From a virus, in IMG/VR virus record IMGVR_UViG_3300031236_000004, positions 11,606 to 75,605 of that record: a DNA stretch of 64,000 bases; one strand, 5' to 3'. Position numbers and translations under genes: made by a program. Below are positions 1-8,777 of the stretch, piece by piece. How positions within the stretch are numbered: the first letter of the stretch is position 1; the number at the start of each line of letters is the position of its first letter. The notes beneath the pieces were generated by a model. It did no database searches. It saw only the letters and a program-made list of their open reading frames with translations, and was not told the DNA's origin.

Positions 1-363
1 GAAGTAGACGCTGCCGGGCTGCAGGTCGCCGACGCCGAACATGCGCAGGAAGTCCTGCTGCCTCGCGACGACGTGGCAGACGTCCGTGGCCTCGTCGGCC
101 AGCGTCCCCCAGTCGCCCTCGTCCAAGCTGAACACCGCGGAGTTCTCGGCCTGGCGCCGGAGCGCCGCGGGCATCGCGATGCGGCCGTCGAGGCCGTAGC
201 AGTAGACGCTGCACGCGGGCGTCGGCCGGCACGAGCGGGCGATGCTCGCGTTGATCGATAGGCCCGTCTTGTCGTTCTTCGACAGGAACAGGACGTCCGG
301 CGCCTCGTCGGGCTCGACGACCGGCGTCGCGTCGCGGATGACCTGCAGCTTGGTGCGCGTCAC
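1..363 (-). CDS. Gp88-like Cys-motif protein (runs off window start)
   Basis: Not in ORF track. GTG at 363 overlaps stop of 360..611. Translation MTRTKLQV...SKNDKTGLSINASIARSCRPTPACSVYCYG...FLRMFGVGD resembles phage Gp88-family C-x5-C-x3-CY and R-x-x-G-x-GD motifs. Confidence 0.5.
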   Translation of the reverse strand, partial: MTRTKLQVIRDATPVVEPDEAPDVLFLSKNDKTGLSINASIARSCRPTPACSVYCYGLDGRIAMPAALRRQAENSAVFSLDEGDWGTLADEATDVCHVVARQQDFLRMFGVGDLQPGSVYF

Positions 364-611
364 GGCGCCTCCCGCACGTCCCGCACCGCGATGACGATGC
401 GCAGCCCGTCGATCTCGTCCGCCAGCTCAATGCCGCGGTGACCGTTCGCGTCGAAGATCTCGACGGCGCTGTCCAGGCGGTTCCGCAGGTCTTCGGTTCG
501 CTCGCCCGCGTAGGTCTCGAGGCGCGCCTCGACGTCCTCCGCGGTCAGACCCCAACCTACGGCTTCTTCTGCCGCCTCGCGCTCTTGGTCCATGACCTTA
601 TTGCTCGACAT
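360..611 (-). CDS. hypothetical protein
   Basis: 83-aa ORF in a tightly packed minus-strand run; protein-like composition. Confidence 0.7.
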   Translation of the reverse strand: MSSNKVMDQEREAAEEAVGWGLTAEDVEARLETYAGERTEDLRNRLDSAVEIFDANGHRGIELADEIDGLRIVIAVRDVREAP

Positions 612-1101
612 GCTTGCCCTCCCAGATGGCCCTGCCGCACCCGCTGCACGTCAGCCGCACCAGGGCGTACTCAGCCTTCGCGTCGCCGACGACCCCGCGC
701 CGGCCGCCGTCGCGGTCGTGCTCGAGCGTGCGCCCGTCGTGCGCCAGGTGCACCGCCCACGTGCCCTCGGTCAGGAACGTCTCGACGAGCGCGCGAGCGC
801 GCGACAGGTCCCGCTTGCACTTCGGGCAGCGCGACGGGATGTGAACCCTCCGCTTCGCGACGCGCACGATCGTCACTTCGACCTCGTGTCCCTTGCCCCG
901 GATGGGCGTGATGTCGTCCAGACCGTCCAGGCTGACGGGCTTGTGCTTGCCCTCGAACACCTGGATCCCGATGATGATGGTGTCGGCCTGCCGCTTCGCG
1001 CGCGCCAGGGCCTCCGTCTTGTCGCTCGCCTCGACCACGGCGTAGAACGGCTCGCCGTCCTCGTCGTAGGCCGCGACGACCGTCCACGGTCGCTTCGCCA
1101 T
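598..1101 (-). CDS. hypothetical protein with CxxC pairs
   Basis: 167 aa; CPKC and CSGC; RBS AGGAGG upstream. Confidence 0.75.
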   Translation of the reverse strand: MAKRPWTVVAAYDEDGEPFYAVVEASDKTEALARAKRQADTIIIGIQVFEGKHKPVSLDGLDDITPIRGKGHEVEVTIVRVAKRRVHIPSRCPKCKRDLSRARALVETFLTEGTWAVHLAHDGRTLEHDRDGGRRGVVGDAKAEYALVRLTCSGCGRAIWEGKHVEQ

Positions 1102-1108
1102 GCTCCTC

Positions 1109-1864
1109 CTAGATTAACGCGTACTGCCGCACCAGCTCGAACCCGTGCCACTCCATCGTCAGCCGCACCTCGAGGCGCGCGATGGGTACGCACTTGCAGC
1201 TTGGGCACGCGGCCCTGTGCTCGTGCACCGTCACCTTCGCGCCCTCGGGCGCCTCCTCGCGCGCGGTCCGCAGGCGCGAGTACTGCCGCGCGTCGAGGTT
1301 CTGCGGCGCGCACTCGGTGAACTTCACGTCGCCCGCGCACGCGCAGTCGCACGCGTGGCCGCGGTGGAGCATGTCGTACGGGCCGTAGCCCGGCAGCTCC
1401 AGCATCTCGGCGCAGATGTCCTCGAGGATCTCCTCGTCGCGGAGATAGCCCTCGGACATGCGGGCCCGCATCTCCTCGTCGCCGTTCTTCTCCACCCACG
1501 CGCGCAGCGCCCGCGACCGCGCGTTGCCCCTCTCGGTGACCGCGCGCGCGACCGCGGCCTCGGCCTCCGCGCGGTCCGCGGCGGCAGCCCGGGCGGCCTC
1601 CTCGCGCCTCGCTCGCCGCGCCGCGCGCAGCTCGAGGGCGGGCAGGATCGCGGCCAGCGTCGGCTCGCCGACGGGCGGCTCGCTCGCGTCCAGGCCCAGG
1701 ACCTCGCCCGACTCGTAGAGCAGCGCCAGCTCGAGGCGCAGGCTCGCCGTCAGCGCGCCGAGGTCCGCCTCCGTCACGTCGAGGGACTGCGGGCCCACGC
1801 GGGTCTTCCCGGCCAGGATGGCCGCGCGCGGCGAGACGTGGATCTTGACCTGGAGCCCCGGCAC
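1109..1864 (-). CDS. hypothetical protein with C-terminal Cys cluster
   Basis: 251 aa; HACDCAC and CPSCKC. Confidence 0.75.
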   Translation of the reverse strand: MPGLQVKIHVSPRAAILAGKTRVGPQSLDVTEADLGALTASLRLELALLYESGEVLGLDASEPPVGEPTLAAILPALELRAARRARREEAARAAAADRAEAEAAVARAVTERGNARSRALRAWVEKNGDEEMRARMSEGYLRDEEILEDICAEMLELPGYGPYDMLHRGHACDCACAGDVKFTECAPQNLDARQYSRLRTAREEAPEGAKVTVHEHRAACPSCKCVPIARLEVRLTMEWHGFELVRQYALI

Positions 1865-1865
1865 G

Positions 1866-2027
1866 TCAGGGCACCAGCACGCACACGGCGAGCGCGGCCA
1901 GAACGAAGGCGGCCCCGAAGAGGGCGAGCGCCAGGACGCCGTGCATGACGGTGTACCGGCGCGGCGGCGGGTCGCGCGGCATCAGCTGAAGGGAGGGGAA
2001 CGGCAGGACGTTGTTCTTGGTCTTCAC
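1866..2027 (-). CDS. small membrane protein
   Basis: GTG at 2027 overlaps upstream stop; C-terminal hydrophobic helix VLALALFGAAFVLAALAVCVLV. Confidence 0.55.
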   Translation of the reverse strand: MKTKNNVLPFPSLQLMPRDPPPRRYTVMHGVLALALFGAAFVLAALAVCVLVP

Positions 2028-2317
2028 GCGGGGTCTCGGTTGATCGCCTGCGTCATGCACTTCGGGCACAGGACCTCCTGGTCCAGCTGGGGTGTCGGGT
2101 CGGGGATCGAGAAGTCGGAACCGCACTGACTGCAGTCGCTGATCAGGCCGATGAAGCCGTGCTCGGGTGACGCGTGCCTGCGGATGCGCAGGAACCACGC
2201 GAGCCCGTCGACGGTCGGCCTGTTGATCTCGTTCACGAGGCGGTCGACGTCGGCCTCCGCGCCGCCCAGCTCCAGCTGGGCGTAGAGGCCCTCTAGGTAC
2301 CACTCGGCGTAGGTCAT
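2024..2317 (-). CDS. small Zn-ribbon protein
   Basis: ATG at 2317 (ATGA overlap); CSQC...CPKC. Confidence 0.65.
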   Translation of the reverse strand: MTYAEWYLEGLYAQLELGGAEADVDRLVNEINRPTVDGLAWFLRIRRHASPEHGFIGLISDCSQCGSDFSIPDPTPQLDQEVLCPKCMTQAINRDPA

Positions 2318-2736
2318 GGCTTCACCATCCCACGTTCCCTGATCCGGGCGTCGAGCGCAATGCGGGCGCGGATGTCGGGGAGGGCGTCGCGCCACGCGGC
2401 GAGCCTGGCGCCGAGCGGGCGCGCGGCGTGGACCGTCGGCAGCCACCGGGCCTCGGGTGTCCAGCCGCGCAGCTCGGTCTCGAGGGCGCCCCCCGAGCAC
2501 AGCGAGCACGACAAGGTTTCGCACTCGCGGTGGCTCTCGAATCGGTTCCTCGCGCAGTCCACGATCAGCATGATCGGGGCGTCGCTCGGGGCGTCGCGCA
2601 GGTCCGCGACCGGAACCGTCGTCGTGCCGCAGCACTTGAATTTCCAGCCGTCGACGCCGCTCGCGCACAGGCACCCGATGTTCACCGGGCAGGTGCCGCA
2701 GTCGACGACCGCCTGCTGGACCGCGTCGGCCGACAT
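2314..2736 (-). CDS. Cys-rich hypothetical protein
   Basis: Start MSADAV at 2736; CGTC, CLC, CC, CSLC. Confidence 0.65.
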   Translation of the reverse strand: MSADAVQQAVVDCGTCPVNIGCLCASGVDGWKFKCCGTTTVPVADLRDAPSDAPIMLIVDCARNRFESHRECETLSCSLCSGGALETELRGWTPEARWLPTVHAARPLGARLAAWRDALPDIRARIALDARIRERGMVKP

Positions 2737-2771
2737 CCTGAGGGCCTCCAGGATGGGCAAGCCCGGCGGCC

Positions 2772-3341
2772 TCACGGGGCCAGGTCCCCGACGTCGAGCA
2801 CGTACCTGCCCGAGGGGTGGGCGCACTCGACGGCGACCGCGTCGCCGCGGATCTGGATCGGGCTGACGGAGACCTTCGCGTTCGCGACGCGCATCAGTTG
2901 ACGGCCGCCCGGCCCTCCGAGGTCATCGCGGATGCTCACGACGGGCCCGTGCTTGAAGCACTCGTCGGGGAGCGCCAGCCGCTCGGCGACGCACCGGATG
3001 GAGTGCGGGCACCCGCGGCAGACCTGCTCTGGGGTCTTCACCAACTTCTTCACGGGAGCGTACATGTTCTCGCCGTCTCGGATGGCGCGCCGCGTCCTCA
3101 TCCGCATGACGCCCCGGCGCAGGGCGGACGAGTACGCGACCCGCAGCTCCTCCGGCAGCTCCTGGGCGCAGGCCGGGTTCAGCACCAGGCGCGCGTCCTC
3201 GATCAGCTCGAACGCGGCCTTCACGCGGACGATCAGCTCGCGCGGTACTTCGAGCACCCGCGCCACGACCTCCTCGACGTCATCTTCTGCGGACGAGTAC
3301 CTCGACTCGAAGATCGCCCGCTCTACATCATCCCCTGGCAT
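2772..3341 (-). CDS. hypothetical protein
   Basis: 189 aa; CRGC...C...C; upstream GGTATAAG -10-like element. Confidence 0.7.
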   Translation of the reverse strand: MPGDDVERAIFESRYSSAEDDVEEVVARVLEVPRELIVRVKAAFELIEDARLVLNPACAQELPEELRVAYSSALRRGVMRMRTRRAIRDGENMYAPVKKLVKTPEQVCRGCPHSIRCVAERLALPDECFKHGPVVSIRDDLGGPGGRQLMRVANAKVSVSPIQIRGDAVAVECAHPSGRYVLDVGDLAP

Positions 3342-3375
3342 TGTGTTCCCTTCGCTGGAGGCTTATACCGTAAAC

Positions 3376-4809
3376 ATGACCAAGTCGCCTGAGATCGCGG
3401 TAGAGGAGAGGACCACGGCCACGGGGGCGAAGCTGTTCGCGGTGGACGGCATGCACCCGGAGGACGCGGCCATGCTGCAGGCCCTGTACTCCCGCAGCGG
3501 CGACAGCGTCGTCGCGCACCTGGAGAAGGTGAGGGCCCAGGGCAGCGGCAAGTTCATGGCCGGACACTACGTCGGCTACGGTCACAAGAGCATCGGGGAC
3601 TGCGGGTCCACCACGATGTTCGTGGAGGACGTCAGCCTGCTCACCGCGAAGGCGGTCCAGGACAATCCGCTCTACTGCGGGCAGGAGACCTCCACGCGCT
3701 ACCTCGACATGTCGAAGCGGCGCGTGATCGACCCCATCGGAAGCGCGCAGTCCCGCGCGCTCGTCGAGTCGCTGATGGACTTCTACGGCTCCAGCCAGGC
3801 GCACGTACGCGCGCTCGTGGCGGAGCGGCACCCGAGGCGCGAGGGTGAGAACGAGGCGACGTACCAGAAGGCGGTCGCCGCTCGCGCGTTCGACGTCATG
3901 CGCGGCTTCCTGCCGGCGGGCGTCTCGACGCAGCTGAGCTGGCACACCAACCTGCGCCAGGCGGGAGACCACCTGCAGCGGCTCGCGCGGCACCCGTCGG
4001 GCGAGGTCGCCGGCGTCGCCGTCGCGCTGGAGAGCGCGCTCGCCCAGTGCTACGCGTCGAGCGGGTTCGGCAAGAGCAGCGCCGGCGTGAGCGGCGTCGC
4101 GGCGGGCGACGGGGCCGCCGAGCGCGCCGCGTGGGAGGCCTCGACGGCGGAGGCCTTCGCGTACCCGCGCGAGCTGGAACGGCCCCCCACGTACCTCGAC
4201 CTCCACGCCTCGGGGACGCTGTCGCTCGACGTGGCCGCGTGGGGGCGCGTGCTCGCGACCCGCCCGCGCGGGTGCGTGCTGCCGCACTGGATGACCGACT
4301 TCGGGCAGCTCAAGTTCGCCTTCATGCTCGACTTCGGCTCGTTCAGGGACATCCAGCGCCAGCGCAACGGCGTGTGCCGGATGCCGCTGCTGACGACGGA
4401 TCACGGGTTCGAGTCGTGGTACCTGGAGCAGCTCGACGACGGTCTCCGCGCGGCGGCGACGGAGCTGGTCTACGGCCTGAAGTCGCAGCTCGAGGCCGTC
4501 ACGGACAACCAGGTGCTCCGGCAGTACTACGTGCCGATCGGGTTCCGCGTGCAGTGCCAGCTGACGTACGCCCTGCCGGCCCTGCTCTACGTGCTCGAGC
4601 TTCGGACGAGCAAGACAGTTCACCCGACCCTCCGCAAGAAGATGCTCAAGATGGCCGAGTGGTTCCGCGGGCGGTTCCCGGACATCGCCCTCCACGCGGA
4701 CACGGACGAGGACGACTGGACCGTGCGCCGCGGCCTCCACACGATCACCGCCCGGGGCGCCCAGGACGTTCAAGACGCCCGAGGCGGTGATGCGGCGGCG
4801 CCGCGGTGA
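3376..4809 (+). CDS. thyX: FAD-dependent thymidylate synthase, tandem-domain type
   Basis: True start ATG 3376. YGHKSIGD, QETSTRY, RGFLPAG, FGSFRDIQRQR, ELRTSKTVHPTLR match long duplicated ThyX proteins. Confidence 0.85.
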   Translation: MTKSPEIAVEERTTATGAKLFAVDGMHPEDAAMLQALYSRSGDSVVAHLEKVRAQGSGKFMAGHYVGYGHKSIGDCGSTTMFVEDVSLLTAKAVQDNPLYCGQETSTRYLDMSKRRVIDPIGSAQSRALVESLMDFYGSSQAHVRALVAERHPRREGENEATYQKAVAARAFDVMRGFLPAGVSTQLSWHTNLRQAGDHLQRLARHPSGEVAGVAVALESALAQCYASSGFGKSSAGVSGVAAGDGAAERAAWEASTAEAFAYPRELERPPTYLDLHASGTLSLDVAAWGRVLATRPRGCVLPHWMTDFGQLKFAFMLDFGSFRDIQRQRNGVCRMPLLTTDHGFESWYLEQLDDGLRAAATELVYGLKSQLEAVTDNQVLRQYYVPIGFRVQCQLTYALPALLYVLELRTSKTVHPTLRKKMLKMAEWFRGRFPDIALHADTDEDDWTVRRGLHTITARGAQDVQDARGGDAAAPR

Positions 4810-5140
4810 CCTCGAGCGGAGGTCCGGTCGACACCATCACGGCGAGCTGGTGCAGCTGCTCCTCCTCGTCGAAGGTCCACACGCGCAGGGTGTGCGGATA
4901 GGCGCCGTACTCGTCGCGCGCGCAGATCGCGTAGACCTCGACGTCGCGAATGCGCGGGCCGTCGGCCGTCACCACCGTGTGGAGCCGCCGCAGGCAGGTC
5001 AGGCAGACGAAGTCCGTCCCGCCGCTGCCGTGCGGGCACGCCAGGCACGCCGCGCAGTAGGTGCGGCCGTCGCGGTAGATCCAGAGGTCGGCCTCGTTCC
5101 CGCACCGCGAGCACGACGGCTCAGGGCGCCGGCGGGACAT
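4745..5140 (-). CDS. Cys-rich hypothetical protein
   Basis: CSRC, CAACLAC, CLTC; overlaps thyX 3' end convergently. Confidence 0.6.
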   Translation of the reverse strand: MSRRRPEPSCSRCGNEADLWIYRDGRTYCAACLACPHGSGGTDFVCLTCLRRLHTVVTADGPRIRDVEVYAICARDEYGAYPHTLRVWTFDEEEQLHQLAVMVSTGPPLEVTAAPPHHRLGRLERPGRPGR

Positions 5141-6422
5141 CTCGCGATGGTACCTCGCCGGACAGGTGCGCGAGCAGGACGTCGACCGGCTCGACCTTGC
5201 GCCGGCGAGCCTCCGCGGCGACGGCCTGCCTAAGGAGGTCCCCGTAGGCGCCCCCCAGCATGCGGCGGTCGACGCCGACGATCGCGTCGCCGTCGACGAG
5301 GCGGCACGCGAGCTTGTCGCCCCTGAACGTGACCACGACGAAGTCGGGAACGACGCCCATCAGCCGGTCGGCGACGGCGCGCTCCGCCTCCGTCAGGTCG
5401 CCCGGCGCGTGCCGGGCGTCGACCTGCCCCTCGAGCCGCTTCTTGGCGGACTCGGCGGACAGGCCGCCCTTCTCGAGCAGCTCCCTCAGGACCTCGCTGA
5501 CCACCGTCGGCTTGCCGCCGACGCCCTCGACGTCCCTAGCCTCCCGCATCGTTGAGACCGGGACCGCGTCGGCGCCGTGCTCGGCCTCGTACCGCTCTCG
5601 CACGTCCTTGAGCAGCCTCTCGTCGCTGTGCCACTTGAACGCCTTGGCCTCGGGCGCGTTGGCCTTGGCCATGTCGTAGACCCGCGGCGCGGCGAGGTCC
5701 GGCGCGCGGCGGCAGGCGTCCTGCCACATCGCGGCGAGCTTCCAGTGCAGGCTGAACTCGTCCACGAAGCGGCGGTCGCGGTCGAGCGGCAGGTCCTCGA
5801 GGTCGTAGCCGCACGCCAGCTCCTCGAACTCGCGCACGAAGACGCCGCGCGAGAACACCTGGCCGCGCCGGTCTCCGGCGAGCAGGAGCCGCCCCGTGTC
5901 GAGCTTGAGGGTATCGACGGCGCGCGGCTCGTCGATGAACAGGAACTTCGTCCGCAGGACGTCCCAGGCCTCGGTCGGGAGGTTCTCGACCGTGACCATG
6001 AAGTCGGCCTCCCGCGCCGCGAGCTTGCGGGAGCGGAAGGTCATGAGCTGGTTCCCGGCGAGCGGGTGATCGCCGTCGGGCTCCTCGAATGATACGCTCC
6101 AGGACAGGTCGCCGTTGCGGAAGCTGACGTCGAGGCCCGCGCGCACGAGGGCCAGGACCCCGATGCAAAATCCCTCGCCGAAGCGGCCCCGGTGGCCGCC
6201 CGCGGCCTTGTCCGTCTTGCCCAGGATGAGCAGCTTGGCGGGGTCGACGTAGATGCCCGCGGTGGTGACCTCGAGCCGCGCGGTCTTCGGGAAGTGCTCG
6301 ACGGTCATCGCGTGGCCGTCGTCGTCCGCGTCCTTGGCGTTGGACAGCAGCTCGCGGACCCCGGCGTATACGCCCCAGTCGGAGGCGTAGTTCTTGTCGA
6401 TGTTGAGGGAGATCTTGGCCAT
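5121..6422 (-). CDS. GHKL-family (HATPase_c-like) ATPase
   Basis: N box VRELLSNAKDA and G box GRFGEGFCIG in the N-terminal domain. Confidence 0.8.
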   Translation of the reverse strand: MAKISLNIDKNYASDWGVYAGVRELLSNAKDADDDGHAMTVEHFPKTARLEVTTAGIYVDPAKLLILGKTDKAAGGHRGRFGEGFCIGVLALVRAGLDVSFRNGDLSWSVSFEEPDGDHPLAGNQLMTFRSRKLAAREADFMVTVENLPTEAWDVLRTKFLFIDEPRAVDTLKLDTGRLLLAGDRRGQVFSRGVFVREFEELACGYDLEDLPLDRDRRFVDEFSLHWKLAAMWQDACRRAPDLAAPRVYDMAKANAPEAKAFKWHSDERLLKDVRERYEAEHGADAVPVSTMREARDVEGVGGKPTVVSEVLRELLEKGGLSAESAKKRLEGQVDARHAPGDLTEAERAVADRLMGVVPDFVVVTFRGDKLACRLVDGDAIVGVDRRMLGGAYGDLLRQAVAAEARRRKVEPVDVLLAHLSGEVPSRDVPPAP

Positions 6423-6462
6423 GGTTGCCTTCTCTGTGATGCTCGTGGGATAAACGTGCGGA

Positions 6463-6873
6463 GTGTGGAAGCCCGTATCGAAGGTCGACTACGCGACCCT
6501 CGCCCCCCGCGGTCAGATCTTGGTGGTGTCGTGCCCGCTCCGCGAGCGCGCGCTGGACCGGGTCCAGCGCTGGCGCGACAGGGCCTGCGCGATCGCGCCC
6601 GACTCGAGCAAGATCCTGCGCGACGTCGTGCGCGACCTGCTCGCGAACCCGCAGGTCCGCGCGATCGTGTTCGACGGCCCCGCCTGCGGTCGCGCGGCGT
6701 ACGACGCCTTCTGGGCCGGCGCGGCGCAGCCGACCTGGCGCATCGACGAGGAGCACCTGGCCCTCGTGAGGGGTCACGTGGACCTCTACGACGACGACTT
6801 CTCGATGAAGGTTCCCGCCCAGCCGTACTGGCCCGCGCGGATCGCGTACACCGACGATATGGAGATGCCGTGA
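6463..6873 (+). CDS. stand-alone MtrA-like domain protein
   Basis: VVRDLLANPQVRAIVFDG, IDEEHLALVRGHVDL and QPYWP resemble the MtrA-like N-domain of long bacterial thymidylate synthases; RBS GGAG. Confidence 0.55.
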   Translation: MWKPVSKVDYATLAPRGQILVVSCPLRERALDRVQRWRDRACAIAPDSSKILRDVVRDLLANPQVRAIVFDGPACGRAAYDAFWAGAAQPTWRIDEEHLALVRGHVDLYDDDFSMKVPAQPYWPARIAYTDDMEMP

Positions 6874-7514
6874 TAGGGCGCCCGATCGTTGATGTGCCTA
6901 TAGGTAGTGTGTTTGATAAATGGACCGTTATTGGACGCGGTCCCGTCGTTAATAACGAACAACGGTGGATTGTTCGTTGCGCTTGTGGCGAAGAGAAAAC
7001 GCTTCCCGGTACAGTCTTGCGCCGAGGCAAGAGTAGGTGTTGTCGCAGTTGCGCAGCCAGGCAAAGTAGTCGAAAGCACGGAGAGGCGGCTGGAGGTGCA
7101 TACTCGCCTGAGTACAAGGCACATGAAGCCTTGCTTCAACGGTGTCACAACCCGAGCTGCAAAATGTACAAGGACTATGGAGGTCGAGGCATCACGGTTT
7201 GCGCGCGTTGGACGGGACCTGACGGATTTCTTCGGTTCTTGGAAGATGTAGGGCGTCGTCCTAGTGTCGACCATTCAATTGGTCGAGTCGATAACGACGG
7301 TGACTACGAACCAGGTAACGTCGAATGGCAGACCTGTCGAGAACAGCAACGAAATCGACGTTGCAATGTTTTAGTTGCCGTCAACGGACAAATTAAAACT
7401 GCAACAGAGTGGTCATTGTCGTTGGGCTCCAATACCGAACTTGTTGGCCAGCGTTTAAGACAAGGTTGGGACCCTGTACAGGCAGCTACGACCCCAAAGC
7501 GGAGGTACAAATGA
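6870..7514 (+). CDS. free-standing HNH homing endonuclease
   Basis: GTG at 6870 (GTGA overlap). RCACG, YGGRGITVCARW, HSIGRVDNDGDYEPGNVEW. GC clearly lower than flanks. Confidence 0.85.
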   Translation: MIGRPIVDVPIGSVFDKWTVIGRGPVVNNEQRWIVRCACGEEKTLPGTVLRRGKSRCCRSCAARQSSRKHGEAAGGAYSPEYKAHEALLQRCHNPSCKMYKDYGGRGITVCARWTGPDGFLRFLEDVGRRPSVDHSIGRVDNDGDYEPGNVEWQTCREQQRNRRCNVLVAVNGQIKTATEWSLSLGSNTELVGQRLRQGWDPVQAATTPKRRYK

Positions 7515-8206
7515 ACGTCATAGGATTGTGTGGAAGAATGCGTAGCGGGAAGAACACGATCGGCTCGATGCTCGTCGAGCACGACCCGCGCGGCGCGACG
7601 CTCGCCTTTGCCGACAAGCTGAAGGAAGTCGTGATCGACTTGTACGGCGCGACGCGCGACGACGTCTACACCGACGAGGGCAAGCGCCGGAAGTCGCCGT
7701 TCCCGCTCCTGAAGTGCCCGGCCTGCCAGTCCATCCAGTGCGAGCGCGTCGCGGATACGCAGGTGCTCTGCCGCAAGTGCACGGCCCTCGGCGAGCCCAA
7801 GTCGTTCCAGACGCACTGGGAGTGGCGGGAGATCTGCCAGTTCGTCGGCACCGAGGGCGGGCGCTTCGTCGACGAGAACGTGTGGGTGCGGCACGCGCTC
7901 AAGCGCGCCGCCGCGGCGCTGGAGGCGAAGACGTCGCCCAGGCGCTTCGTCGCCATCACCGACTGCCGCTTCAAGTCGGAGAAGGCCGCCATCGAGAAGC
8001 ACGGCGGCGTGGTTTGGCGGATTCGGCGCCCCGAGACCGATCACCAGTCGACGGGCCTCGCGGGCCACGCTTCGGAGACCGAGATGGAGACGATCCCGGA
8101 CACCGAGTTCGACGCCGTGATCCGCAACGACGCCTCGCTGGAGGTGCTGCGGGCCAGGGCCGCCGAGCAGCTCGAGCGCTACCTGCGTCGCGGCGAGTCG
8201 AGGTAG
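7511..8206 (+). CDS. deoxynucleoside monophosphate kinase with Zn-ribbon insert
   Basis: ATG 7511 with GGAGG RBS. P-loop GLCGRMRSGKNT, FADKLKE, GTEGGR, ITDCRF, HASE, IRND are typical phage dNMP kinase motifs. Confidence 0.85.
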   Translation: MNVIGLCGRMRSGKNTIGSMLVEHDPRGATLAFADKLKEVVIDLYGATRDDVYTDEGKRRKSPFPLLKCPACQSIQCERVADTQVLCRKCTALGEPKSFQTHWEWREICQFVGTEGGRFVDENVWVRHALKRAAAALEAKTSPRRFVAITDCRFKSEKAAIEKHGGVVWRIRRPETDHQSTGLAGHASETEMETIPDTEFDAVIRNDASLEVLRARAAEQLERYLRRGESR

Positions 8207-8209
8207 CGC

Positions 8210-8476
8210 TCAGTCGCCGTCGCCCTGCGCCTCGTCGATCATCGTCATGTCCTCGGTCACGCCGCGGAGGATGTCGTCCACGCCTCCGAGCGCGTAGCGC
8301 GTGATGCACTGGATGCAAGTGACCGGGAGGGTCTCGTCCTCGTTGACTCGCGCGTCGAAGTAGCGACCGCAGGTCGTGTACGTTTTCGACCGGAGAGCGT
8401 ACTTACGCTGGGCGCTCGTCAAGCCCACGGCCTCGTGTCGCACGCCGTACCCGTCGAGCACCGTGCCCCGGGCCAC
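8210..8476 (-). CDS. hypothetical protein
   Basis: Likely GTG start at 8476, just after upstream stop; TTCGRY...CIQC. Confidence 0.55.
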   Translation of the reverse strand: MARGTVLDGYGVRHEAVGLTSAQRKYALRSKTYTTCGRYFDARVNEDETLPVTCIQCITRYALGGVDDILRGVTEDMTMIDEAQGDGD

Positions 8477-8480
8477 GCCG

Positions 8481-8777
8481 CTACTTGTTGGCGTCGTAGT
8501 ACTTGCGGGCCGCGTGCGCGACCTGGTCGAACGCTTCTTTGCCGCCATTGTCCTCCGGTGCGGTCTCGCGGAAGTTGATCGTCACCAGCGCCAGCACGAA
8601 CACGCGCTGCTCGAACGTCAGGTCGCGGGCCTCCCAGCGCTCGGCCAGGAGGCGGACCAGGTCCTCGGCCTCCTGCGCGGCCTCGGTCTGGCGGAGCGCG
8701 GCCGCCGAGGCCTCCGCCCTCGCCCTCTGCTCGGGGGACATCGCGACGTTCTCGGCGAACTTCTCTCGCTTCGCCAT
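8481..8777 (-). CDS. hypothetical helical protein
   Basis: ATG 8777 overlaps upstream stop; MAKREKF...YYDANK. Confidence 0.7.
   Translation of the reverse strand: MAKREKFAENVAMSPEQRARAEASAAALRQTEAAQEAEDLVRLLAERWEARDLTFEQRVFVLALVTINFRETAPEDNGGKEAFDQVAHAARKYYDANK

Noticed and set aside
6192-6869. N-terminal extension of the HNH ORF shown in the track
   Set aside because: Overlaps two real genes and has low-complexity composition; GTG 6870 is the plausible start.
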